Positions 43,998-64,000 of a DNA stretch of 64,000 bases are shown here, piece by piece. Source of the stretch: Amoebidium appalachense. Lineage: Eukaryota; Protista; Ichthyosporea. The position numbers and the translations under genes were made by a program. Numbering within the stretch: position 1 is the first letter of the stretch; the number at the start of each line of letters is the position of its first letter. The stretch is from the NCBI GenBank assembly GCA_963693365.1, contig CAVNZM010000009.1:3474231-3538230 (forward strand), written 5' to 3'. Under the pieces are notes generated by a model. It was not told the DNA's origin, made no database searches, and saw nothing but the letters and a program-made list of their open reading frames with translations.

Positions 43998-45289
43998 CCA
44001 AGGGAAGGGGGGTCTGGTAGCCGTTATGTGTCTGTGCGACTCTCGAGTATTTGTAGGGAGTAAATCTAACGAGAACCTTCAAATAACCTGATTTGTGTCA
44101 GTATAGATCGTACGTATGTGGGCGATTCCAGGGTGCATTCACTGTGTTTGTGCCTATGCCGTAAGGTGTCATATAAACTCGAGTAGTTCTGAGCATGCAT
44201 TTCCTGATCTCCGCAATGATAATCTTTTAGTGGGCCATGCCAATTTCTCAAAGCTTGCAATCCGTTTTTTCTATCAACCCGTTACCAAATGGAGGGGGGG
44301 GAATGCGCTGTTTATGTATTAACGACATGTAGGTGAGCTGTGATGAGTTGTCGGCACCAAGGCCAACAGTACTTCCACTCAGCAAGATATACATTTACAA
44401 TTTCCCACATGTAAAACTTAAAACATAAAGTTAATAAATATGTTAGTAACATGCAATGCTGCTTGATGCTCCGGCCCTTTGCTATTTAATTCGTAGTCTC
44501 TTCGGTATTGAAACGCCATTATAATTTGGCTATCAATTATGTGCGTGTGTGCATTGTGTCTTGTATTCAGTTAATCTTAAGCATAGCCCGCCGTTGCCGG
44601 CCTGTGCATCACTTTCCTTATTTAGGCAACGCACCACAGATGTTGTTAACTTGACATTTTGTACATTTTAACTTAAAATCAATTTATGATAATAACTTTG
44701 AATTGAGCAGCACCGTTCCTAAGTTCATACCTTCAAAATCTTTCAAATGCTACACAGAATCAAGATAATTAATTACTAAAATATACATTGGCACACTTTT
44801 CTGGCTGAAATGGTCATATGTACATACACACGAGTCGCCATTTTTTCGATATCCACTGTAAGTATACAGTAACTACCCTGTTCAATATCATATAATAGTA
44901 TCCTGAGATGCACCTACAATAGTCATAAAGAAGGATTACATACATGCAAATCAGAATAAACATAGAGAGATTTGATATTAGGAATCCTCTTCAACTTTCA
45001 CAATAACTAAGACCAATGCATTCGGAGCGCCCTTACATACATATACCTATCACTTCACATATGTATAACTTCAATTCACCGCCACTAACATCCTCAACAC
45101 CATTTACTACCTAATCGTTATTTAGGAAATTTAAGGAGTATGCACGGCAATAACCATTCACTAATGTTTTTTCCAAACGAAGTTTTTTCATGTGACAAGG
45201 TGTTGTCCCCGGCTGCAAACACAAATGCTGACTGTATACATACGACTTTGCGCTAACCCACAGCAACTGCCTTATAAGGTTAATAAGCC

Positions 45290-53540
<8,251 letters not shown>

Positions 53541-55351
53541 GGGAAAAAACACAGGCCCGGGTTAATTGCCTATCATGGCACGCACATAGTATAGGGTAAA
53601 AAGGAGGAGAGGACATTCACCTTGAGGAAGTATAGGAAACGTTCAGAGCCTGTGTGTGATCAAAATGTGTGTGGGATTTTCTTTTTCGCGGGCGCCGGGG
53701 ACTTTGGCTGAGAGAAACCAGGTTGCAGAGTGGCATGTGTGTTTGTGCACGTGTTTGTGTGTGTGTGTGTGGGTGGGTGGGTGGGTGGGTGGGTGGGGGG
53801 AGGGGGGGGGGGGGGGGGGAGGGAGGGGGGGAGGGGGCTATAAAAGTGCATCAATATAATTACTAATAAGAAGATTTCCAATCCTTCTATCCTTCATCAC
53901 CACCAACACACCCAGTGCTCTAAAGCCCCCAGTTTCCATGCTGAACTCAATGTGCAAAGTGCAATATAACAGGCCACAAAAGAATGCGCGTGCGCGCGCG
54001 CGCGCGTGAAAATGTGTGCGCATGTGTGCACATATGCATGCGGTGATGTGTCACGGTTTTGTTTGATTGCAAATGTTAATGTTTATGTGATTCTGTAAGG
54101 AAGAGGAACTTGATTTTATGAGTGTTCTTGCCTGTGTACATATATGGATCCGATTCATGCCAGGGAGTGTAGGTGGTCTTGTTGGCATATGGCCTGCGTT
54201 TGTGTGGGTGTGTGCGTCCATAGATAATTCTCTTTTAACCGAAACACGGATTTTGAAATTTGAATTTCTGGAAGGCTAATAAGAAATCCATCTGTGTGCA
54301 AGCTGCGACCAATGTGTGCCAGGTATCCCCAAACAGAGTGCTCACCGTGGTTTCGCCTTCAAGTGCTGGGCGGAAGGCGTAGGCGAATCCACATCCACGT
54401 GCACTGTGACACCAACATGCGTGTGATGAGTACTTTCAATGCTCGCACGAGATGCATTTTGATTAGAGAAACCCTTGTTCTTTCCACGAACACCTCCCGA
54501 CTCATCCGTGAAACATACTGGTGCAAGAGTCTGATTGCACTTTTTCTGAGTTTAGTTTCGTTGGCGAGTTGGCCATGCCACATCGAAAGCCTGAGTTGCA
54601 GGGACGGTACCACTTGTAGCGTCAACACAGTTTACATGTCCCTAACACCGGTACCTACAGGCAACTTTTTTGTCGTTAATTCTGTAGCACTACTGATTCA
54701 AGCTTAAGTGTGTGTTTGGCACCGGTTTACACTAATGTTTTAGCTGTTGCATCAACTGCTATCTACATGCAAGTTGTCGACGAAGTAAATCGCACATGGA
54801 TCGATCGTGACCTACTAATTGGTAACCGTTCATCGGTTCCGGGCTGCGCGCACGCGTTGGTCATTCTGTTTTATCACTTCCTAAACATGCGGTAACATGT
54901 GGCATATGTGTTTTTCTACGCCCATTCACTGGATTTGTATCTCACTGCACTTTTTCTCTGGAGTGTCTGGAGTCTTAGGTTTTGCACTGGAGGGGAGTCA
55001 CAGGCTCACAGCCCGGGCTGCTGGGCAACGCCCTCAGTAGTTGTTATTGTACGACGAGATCTCCATATATACCATTCACAGGTCAACCCGGAGCTGCGGG
55101 ACACCGGGGGTCTCAACATATCCGCATGAATATTTTCTTACAGCCAGAAAAGACTCGGTCAAAAAAAACGTTTCATTTGATTTCAAAACCGCTACTTTTC
55201 TAAAACAATATCAAAAACAATCCTGGTTTGATTTTGAAAAATTCTCCCGCCTAAAAAAAAAACGGTAAGTAATTGATTTGTTGCCGGCGAACTTCAGCGA
55301 AAACCTATCACGGGAATTTGAAAAATCATGAACATAACGCATTTGGGGGAC

Positions 55352-55674
55352 CAGGGTTGTGGCAGAGCCTCAACGAGTTGACTTGACTTATAGTTATAAT
55401 TGTTGCTTGGTTGGATGATTTGACTCGACTTGGAGTCGCGACTTGGAGGGATCCTATTTTTAGAAACTCCTCCGGCCCCACCAGTGGCCGGTTGGGCCAC
55501 GGGCGGGCATTGCGCCCCCCCTTCCGACCCATCCTCCTGTGCTTCCCCGCCCCAAGCCCCCCTGCCCCCTTCAAGTCACTCCTATGTCAGGCCTCGTGAC
55601 TTGACTTGACTTTGTTGAAGTCAGGGGCTTGATGACTTCAAGTCGCGACTTGAAGTCAAGTCGCCACACCCCTG
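55352..55674. mobile_element. Non-autonomous TIR element (MITE; CAGGG termini reminiscent of hAT)
   Basis: Ends cagggttgtggc (55352) and gccacacccctg (55663-55674) are inverted repeats with 11/12 match. Contains many internal GACTT/AAGTC motifs and a perfect 26-bp palindrome at 55633-55658; no convincing coding capacity. Confidence 0.6.
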
Positions 55675-56535
55675 AAAACCTATCACGGGAATTTGAAAAA
55701 TCATGAACATACCGCATTTGGGGCCCGGGGGACGCCCGCGGGGCCAGGGCCGGAAGTCTGAAGCCAATCAAATTGATTGTTTATCCCGCTAGATTCAAAT
55801 ATGGCTAAAACTAGTACATGATAATATGTCCATGCCATTGGCCAACGTTATCGAGCAACCAAAATGGTAGAAAATACGTTGATATTATTGGTTTAGTTTA
55901 CTTTCCGTTAATAAAGTGTCTGCGAATGGAATGTGGGCAATGGGCAACGCGCGGGCAGCGGCAGTTCGAATTCGAGATCCGCTCTATGGCACAAATGTCG
56001 GAAAGGATGAACATGACCGTCTAATTTTTAACCGAACAATCAAAAATATAGCGTGTTTATATTAGACCTATTCATCATTCTCCGGGTTGACTTAAATGGG
56101 AAACAATGTTCAAAGTTATTGCACTTACAAGATCTTTTCTATGACTGTAGTAATCTATGGATACTACATTTGATTGGACAACGATCATGACCATCTATAT
56201 GCAACTGTGCCGATCTGTGCCGATCCAAACATGAATGTACACAAAACCCGCACAGGGCAGGCATCCAGGACAACAGAATCACAACTTTATCTGCAAGCCG
56301 TAGGTTATATGTACCAGACCACCGTCACTGACTAGAACTCTACCCGTGTAGACTGCCAGTTTTTATGCTACAAACGTTTGCAAGTCTACTTTAGGCTAAG
56401 AACTGTGCCAAAAAATACAAAGTGTAGAATTTTACACAGTACAAGACGTAGGTTGAATACTACAGAACATACGTACCACAGAGTACTCCGCTGTAACTAT
56501 AACCTACACTGTAGCTAATAGTTGTTAGCTCAAAA

Positions 56536-57813
56536 ATGGTGGTGTCTAGACTGAAAGCAACCGTCCGCATGTGCTCGCCCATGCATGGCGACAACCTCGT
56601 AGCCATGATTATGCGCACAAGGAATCTTGCTTTAGCAGGAGGGGCATCCCTTTTGGGTGCCTTTGCGCTGCTAGGCCTTCAAAACGAGAACAGAAACTCG
56701 AGAAACCCAAACAGTAGACTTGAGACCTTTTCCATTAGCAGGTTCGCTGACGCCATGCTCTGCCACACCCACCGCCATTTGACTGAACTGAAGCTGAAGG
56801 TACACCAGCTGAAAGACTTGTGTTTGGTCGCGGTGCCCCTTTCATTGGAGGAGCGAGTCCAGACGTTCCTACAACATGCACAAGCGCTCGTTCCTTCCAA
56901 ATTTTCAATCACACAGATCCTTTTGCAAGTTGGGTCATCCTCATTAGCGTTGGAGACCTCCGCTCTCTCAACTATTAACCTCTCCCCGGACACGCACGAG
57001 CACGTTCCCGTGCGCGATATCACCGTGCCCCTCACCGAGGAACAAGAACTCGCCGACGAGAATAGGTTAAAGACCTACTGGCCCACAGACCCTCAGAAAG
57101 CGGAGGCAGCAGAGCGCATGGTTTTGAGACACATTGGTGCTCCGTACAGGAAACTACGGGTGCGCATTGAGCAGCCAAATTCCTCGAAGGGAGTCATCGG
57201 CAAGGACAAGCAGTCAACAGGCCATGGGTGCGGTGCATACATCAACACAGTGGTCATAGGCAACGGGCCGAAAAAGGTCGTGCTCTGCCACGGCTATGGG
57301 CAAGGTGCTGGATTTTGGTACCCGACCCTGGCCGGACTTGCGCAAAAAAACGACGAATACACGTTCTATGCCGTCGATATGCTTGGTTTTGGCTTGAGCT
57401 CGCGGCCTGAATTCCCTGCGGCCAACGACGCGAAGCAGCGTGCGGAGGAGGCGGAGGACTTTTTCGTTGAGTCGATGGAGAGGTGGAGGGATAGTCTGGG
57501 CATCGACAAGTTTATTCTGGTGAGTGTCTAGCACGAGCAGTGGTCGCAATTTTTGTTCATAAATCATGAAATTCATGCCTAGGCCTATCTACTGATTCAG
57601 AAACCGTTGAAAGGGAAAGGACGGTAGGAAGTACTAGTGCCTATTTAGACCAAGTCTCGAAAATTACACTGTAGCAACAAAACCACACACATTCGCACAC
57701 ACTGATACAAAAAGGCTTTTATCGTAAAGGAAACCTGAACACTTTTACCAGCTGCCTCGAGATACATTTGGACTTGATCGCGGTTTTTCTAACCACTCAT
57801 TGACACACATGCA

Positions 57814-57911
<98 letters not shown>

Positions 57912-57917
57912 GCGCGC

Positions 57918-58003
<86 letters not shown>

Positions 58004-58231
58004 TCGGACACAGCCTCGGCGGGTTCATGTCCGGTGTCTATTCCCTCCGCCATCCCGAGCGTGTTCAGAAGCTGGTTCTGGTGAGTCCTGGTGCGGTTTC
58101 GGGATATTCCTCTGACGAGGAACGCCAGGCACATGCCGAGGTTGGGCTGCCACACAAGGTGATGCGGCGGTTGGCTAAGTGGAATGTCACCCCCAGTGCA
58201 ATTATGCGGACCTTCGGACCTACGGGGTATG

Positions 58232-58271
<40 letters not shown>

Positions 58272-58730
58272 AAAAAAAAAAAAAAAAAAAAAAAGACGCC
58301 ACTTTTAGAACTAAAAACGGTTGCCATTCATCAGCTCAGATGCTACCACACTTGCAAGTCATCTGCACCCCAGCTTGAAGCAGGCACATATCTATGTCTC
58401 TTGGGCACTTGGTTCAGTAAGTTAGTACTGATAATTATAACCTGAAATTGTTTTGGCATGATGCCAGCGGCTAACAAACATACGTTTTATATGGGGATAT
58501 ATGATGCGCGAAACAAAACAGTTAAGCTTAAAGTTTAACCAAATTCCAGCTCTAACGATTATTGCCCACCCCCAGGCCCGCACTGGTCCGTAAATACATG
58601 GACTCCCGACACGGATATCTGCCCACGGGGATCCGCACTGACCTCTCCAGATATATGTACCACACTAATGCCTCAGCAGGTATTGTCATTACCCCCCCCC
58701 CCCCCCCCCAACATTCCCCCGCACACACAT

Positions 58731-58806
<76 letters not shown>

Positions 58807-58856
58807 GGACCCGATTTTACGCTTTTACACACACACACACGCGCGCGCGCGCGCGC

Positions 58857-58955
<99 letters not shown>

Positions 58956-59582
58956 ATGATGTACTGCAAACAAGGAAGATTACAAAAAGCAATGAAGGGG
59001 GGTTTGGGGGGGGGGGGGAGGGGGAGGGGAGGGAAGAACATTTTGATTAGACCTTCACATAATCGTGGTCAACTGGAGTTGAGAGGGGAAGGGGAAGGGG
59101 GGAAGGGGGAGGGGGGAGGGGGGAGAGGGGGTGGAGCAAGGGGGTAGTTACAAACGGGGTCACTGCGACACACCAAAGCACACACATTGTCTCAATCACA
59201 CAAACCCAACAGCACATCTACCTAGAAAATGACACAGATATTTAGACAGTCAGATAATAAACAGACTCGACAAATCAACTCACACCATTTTCATTTTGCA
59301 GCAAGCGGAGAGTATGCGTTGCAGGCAGTTTTTATCCCTCAAAAGGGCGGAAATTACGGCCACAACCCGTTGGGCCCCCGCCTCAAGGGGTTGCGTATGC
59401 CCACCACATTCTTCTATGGGGATAGGGATAGCATGAACGTGGAGGCAGCATATGATGCTGTGTACAAAATGAACGTCTCCACTCGTGTGCACATCGTACC
59501 GTGTGCCGGTCACAATCTTTATCTCGACAATCCGACGTGGTTTAACCGCGAGCTCCTGAGTGAGCTGGATGACGCCCAATAG
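56536..59582 (+). CDS. Alpha/beta hydrolase of the ABHD4/ABHD5 (CGI-58; yeast Cld1/Ict1-like) family, 4 exons
   Basis: Exons 56536-57519 (start codon uncertain), 58003-58226, 58576-58679, 59302-59582 are phase-consistent. Motifs VLCHGYGQG, DMLGFGLSSRP, EDFFVESMERWR, GHSLGG nucleophile elbow, YGDRD, and C-terminal HX4D (AGHNLYLDNP). Confidence 0.9.
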
Positions 59583-60262
59583 AAAGCGGCTAAAATTTAA
59601 GTGAATACGTGGATATATTTGTACATAAATGCAGGGTTTACACTTGTAGTAATTTAATGTCACTTGGGAAATTCGGTTTTCTGACTAGAAAGATAGGTGG
59701 GAGTTTTAGCCTCAGGCTGGCTGACGTAAAACAAGACTTATAGGAGTACTTTAGCGAGTTTGATAGTGTCTAATAGAAAGCACTCTCGTGCCCCATTAAT
59801 TTTTGAAATTGGCTGTAAAATAGGACGAAGTTAATGTAGATAGCAACCTTTAGAGATAAAGTTGTAGCTTTGATATGCACAGTGTCAATTTATAGTAATT
59901 CTTGGCAAAGCCATTAAATTTAGGCGCAAACTCCTGGTGAGCTGAGCTGAAAATAATTAGTCCAATAAATTCTGTGACCGGGGGGGAAACGTGCAATCAC
60001 AAAGTTTTCAAATCATAGCTTTGGATATCGTCAAGCTCAAGTTCAATGACATGGTACCACCGGTGTTGTGAGCATTTTCCGTGTTCTCGATAATCTCGCA
60101 CGCGTGTGCGCCCGTGTGTATACATACACACTGACACGTACTTGCATGTGAGTATGTGTACGATGTATGCGTGCGTGTGTGTGTGCGTGTGTGCGATGTG
60201 TGTGTGTGTGCGTGCGTGCGTGCGCGTGTGTGTGTGTGTTGTGTGTGTATGCGTGCGTGTGG

Positions 60263-60312
<50 letters not shown>

Positions 60313-60434
60313 ATGTATGTGTGTGTGTGTGTGTGTGCGTCTGTGTGTGTGTGTGTGTGTCTGTGTGTGTGTGTGTGTGTGCGTGCGTGTGTGCGTGTGT
60401 GCGTGTGTGTGTGTGTGTGCATGCGCACGCGCGC

Positions 60435-60474
<40 letters not shown>

Positions 60475-60540
60475 CACTTGCGGGGAAAGCGAATTGGGTT
60501 GCTGCGGGTTCAGCCCTTTCTTCGTCCGGGTGGTGTGCCG

Positions 60541-60645
<105 letters not shown>

Positions 60646-60898
60646 GAATCATTACCCCGAGGTTTTGCGCGGCGAATTTGTGGTTTTTTGCGCCCCCAAT
60701 AAAACTCTTGTTAGGAACCCCCTGAACAATCATTGGCGCAATTTACGACCCGTTTTTATACTGTCCTCCAGCCTCGATCACTCAGGTGCAGCCGCGGACG
60801 GTTGCTGCAATGCAAACGTTGGTGACCATGAAGTTGGTGATGCTTTCATTTCCTGGTGTTTTTTATTGCCACAATACTTTTTATTTCCACAATACATC

Positions 60899-62164
60899 AT
60901 GTCTCCAGGCATCATGAACGTAAACAAGGTTGGAAGCTGGGTGCTGGTCCCCACAACCTACGCAACTACAAGATGGGGTGTGCGAGAGGAGAGGGAGATG
61001 AGAAAACGTAGGGTGTGCCCCACTTGTAACGGGTGCGGATATGTGGAGGAGAGAGAGAGGGAGGAGGGAGAGAGGGTGGAGAGAGAGAGACAGGAAACGA
61101 GTAGGAATGAAGAAACTACGGAAGATGCGGGAGACGTCGAGCAGAGCACATACGGTGAGGAGGACGGCGAGGAAGGGAGCGAAACGGAGGGAGAGAGCGA
61201 AAACGAAGCTACAAGTGCCTCGGAAGGAGAGAGTGAGAGTCATACGGATGGATCTCATGTTTTGTCTCCAAAGTCGAAACAGGCAAGGATAGACTACGAA
61301 AAAGCCGTGGAGGATTACAAAAACGTGCGTGCAGAAGTGCTCGGTGTCAAAGTCGGATACGTGACTTTGGAGGAAGAGGGAGAGAGTGAACCGGTGGTGC
61401 GGGCATGCTTCTACGGATGTGGATACGAGACGGATATAAAAACTCATTTTGTGAAGCACATCATGGAACATGAGGATCTCGTTGAAAGGCCGCATAAGTG
61501 CACCTACCCGGAATGTGACAGGCGATTTGCGGAGTTGTGGAGATTGAACAAGCACATTGAGACACATTCCGCGAACGGCGGCGGTGGGGAGGTGAGAAAG
61601 TATAAGGATAATACGTACGAGTGTACATACGAAGGTTGTAAATATGCCACGTCTAATAAGTCATGTTATGAATCACATGTTAACAGGGTTCATAAAGGGG
61701 AGGTCCCGTACGCGTGCGCGCGTGAAGGTTGCGGGAAGCGATTCACAAGCGAGGCCAATTTACAAAGACATGAACTGGTGAATCATCAAGGGTTAGTCCT
61801 AAAAAAGAAACGTACGTGTCCTGTAGAAGGGTGTTATTTTTCGGCTGTTGGTGATAAGGCATTAAGGGATCATAATAATACGCACACAGGTGAAAGGCCT
61901 TATAAATGTCCTTTTTCTGGGTGCAGTGCCGCTTTTACAGGAAGTGCACGATTGCGCCAACACCTGAAGGTTCATACAGGCGAGAAACGGTTCAAGTGTA
62001 CTGAACCTGGGTGTAACTATGCAACGTTTAGACAGATGCACATGAAAGTGCACATGAGAAAACACACGGGGGAAAGACCCTTTGTGTGTAGTTTTGAGGG
62101 GTGCGGGAAGGCGTTCACTACGAAGGGGAACAAGTATGCACACGAGAAGTTGCACAGAAAATAG
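60899..62164 (+). CDS. C2H2 zinc-finger paralog 4 (8 fingers) with [14 protein letters not shown] motif, intronless
   Basis: True start is probably ATG 60899 (or 60914); the upstream part of the 665-aa ORF is microsatellite. Finger order and spacing match paralog 1, but the sequence is much more diverged. Confidence 0.88.
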   Translation: MSPGIMNVNKVGSWVLVPTTYATTRWGVREEREMRKRRVCPTCNGCGYVEEREREEGERVERERQETSRNEETTEDAGDVEQSTYGEEDGEEGSETEGESENEATSASEGESESHTDGSHVLSPKSKQARIDYEKAVEDYKNVRAEVLGVKVGYVTLEEEGESEPVVRACFYGCGYETDIKTHFVKHIMEHEDLVERPHKCTYPECDRRFAELWRLNKHIETHSANGGGGEVRKYKDNTYECTYEGCKYATSNKSCYESHVNRVHKGEVPYACAREGCGKRFTSEANLQRHELVNHQGLVLKKKRTCPVEGCYFSAVGDKALRDHNNTHTGERPYKCPFSGCSAAFTGSARLRQHLKVHTGEKRFKCTEPGCNYATFRQMHMKVHMRKHTGERPFVCSFEGCGKAFTTKGNKYAHEKLHRK

Positions 62165-62662
62165 TGGGGACTGATAGAGGAATTAGTGTCGGTGACGTGA
62201 TGTGGTATTATGGTATTATGTGCATGTCTTAAATAAAGTTTATTGACTGTGTCTGGGTGCTTTTTGTACGTGTCTGTTTTTTTTTTTGTTTTTTTTTTTT
62301 GTTTTTTTGTTTGCGGGCAGGCGCGGGGGGAGGGGGGGGGGGGGGGGGGGGGGACGGAAAGAGCACTAACAGGCATACCTGCACAGACGCGACCCCCTTC
62401 CCCCCCCCCCCCAAAAAAAAAAAAAAAATGAATAAATAAAACAATAACAATAATAACAATTTTAACAATCTTAAAATCATTAATGAAAAACATACGTGCA
62501 CACAAATGACCCTCTCTCCTCCCCAATATATATATATATAAACATTCAATTCTAAAAACTAAACACATGGATTTTCATGCATATACTAGCTGCTGCAGGA
62601 TGACACGCACTGTGGCACACGCAATTAATGTGCACACAGTGGTATAATGTTTTGCATCATTC

Positions 62663-62791
<129 letters not shown>

Positions 62792-63458
62792 CGCACGCGC
62801 GCGGGCCGCGCAACACACGATTACAGGCGTGGTCCACTTAGAATAAGCATTAACAGGTAAATCCGGGGTAGAGCCTAGACATTTTAAGGTTCCTACTCCC
62901 TTGGCTGTAGGATTCGTTATCAGGGCCTAGCCCCCCCCCCCCCCCCCCCCCCCCTCCCCCCCCCCCCATGGCACCCACCCACCCACCCACCCCTCCCCCC
63001 GGCCTCGAGCTCCTCCTCCTCCCCCCACTCCCCACCCACGCACACACACTCAGCATCTACACACACACACACACACACACACAAAGTGCACACTCTTGCA
63101 CTCATTATGCGAGCGCCTGACGCAACACGTGTTGCACTCGCCTTTAAGCCGGAAGTCCCCTCGCACCTGATGGACAAAACACGATCCGATAACGTAAAGG
63201 GGGTTTACGCTGTTTACTCGATGCAAAGAGAGACCAGTCTCAGGTATGGGGGGTTTTTGCTCGGAGTATGCCCTCAGCGGTATATCATGATCACGTACAT
63301 AGATGTCGGGTGATGACTATATGTCAGGGTTTACTTTCTCTACGAGACACCATAAAGACTAAGAAAAATCAATTAGTTGGGGTTCCCAGTTTTTTTTTTT
63401 TTTTTTTTTTTTTTTTTGGGGGGGGGGGGGGGGGCCCCCTCGGACACTCGGTATCAGC

Positions 63459-63490
<32 letters not shown>

Positions 63491-64000
63491 CGCTAGAATT
63501 TTGTAATGATGTGTTTTTCAAGCCAATCAATACATCTAGTAAACAGGTCGTAGTTACGCGTGTTAAGTTAGTATAAAATCAAGGATGTTGTAATTTACAG
63601 GTAGGCTATCTTTCTGGGTGTCTGTTGTGAATGTGACGTGTGTGTGTTGCGGTATTATGTGGTCTATCAAACTACATTTGGCGATACATCCGTTTAAATT
63701 GGTGTGTGTGTGTGTTGTTTGGGCATGCAAACGATGCCACCTTATGATACTTATTACTCGGATCTCCACTATATAGCACATGTACAGTAAAAGCGTGGTA
63801 ATTGATCAATAATACCATCAGCTAGAGAAAGACCAGTTCTACAGGGAGGTAATATGTATTTAGGTGTTATACATTTTCGAGTGCCATATGTGGCAATACG
63901 GTTAAGGCGGTCATTATATATAAAACGAGACATAAGGCTTAGTTTTTCAAGGTGTCTGCTTTCATCGGGTCTAGTGTCGTGTGGTATCTTTTTCCATTTG

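Noticed and set aside
54294-54707. 137-aa + strand ORF
   Set aside because: No recognisable homology. The region may instead be a decayed 5' exon of the minus-strand ABCB pseudogene (gtgagc donor near 54346), but this is unsupported.

Overview
Eukaryotic genomic DNA, not prokaryotic. It has GT-AG spliceosomal introns packed with poly(C)/poly(G), (CA)n/(TG)n and (GA)n tracts, so most ORFs in the supplied track are microsatellite artefacts. Gene content suggests a unicellular relative of animals (holozoan protist); this is inference only. Genes reconstructed by hand, in order: URI1-like prefoldin (-, intronless); YeeE/YedE sulfur-transport protein (+, 2 exons); 9-exon Mint/X11 (APBA/LIN-10)-like tandem-PDZ protein with no PTB domain (-); PPR-like protein (-); KIAA0930/DUF2045 protein (-, 7 exons); a tandem cluster of three intronless C2H2 zinc-finger paralogs (+); a decayed ABCB/P-glycoprotein pseudogene (-); an ABHD4/5-type hydrolase (+, 4 exons); and a fourth zinc-finger paralog (+). 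Most notable: (1) an intronless C2H2-ZNF family whose members share an invariant N-terminal [14 protein letters not shown] motif and show birth-and-death/mosaic evolution, a KRAB/ZAD-ZNF-like architecture with an unnamed N-terminal module; (2) a short interspersed intronic element family anchored at one end on poly(C) tracts, all in host-sense orientation, with copies truncated at the other end; (3) homopolymer tracts just after splice donors and (CA)n tracts in place of polypyrimidine tracts; (4) a TIR element flanked by a 52-bp direct repeat.
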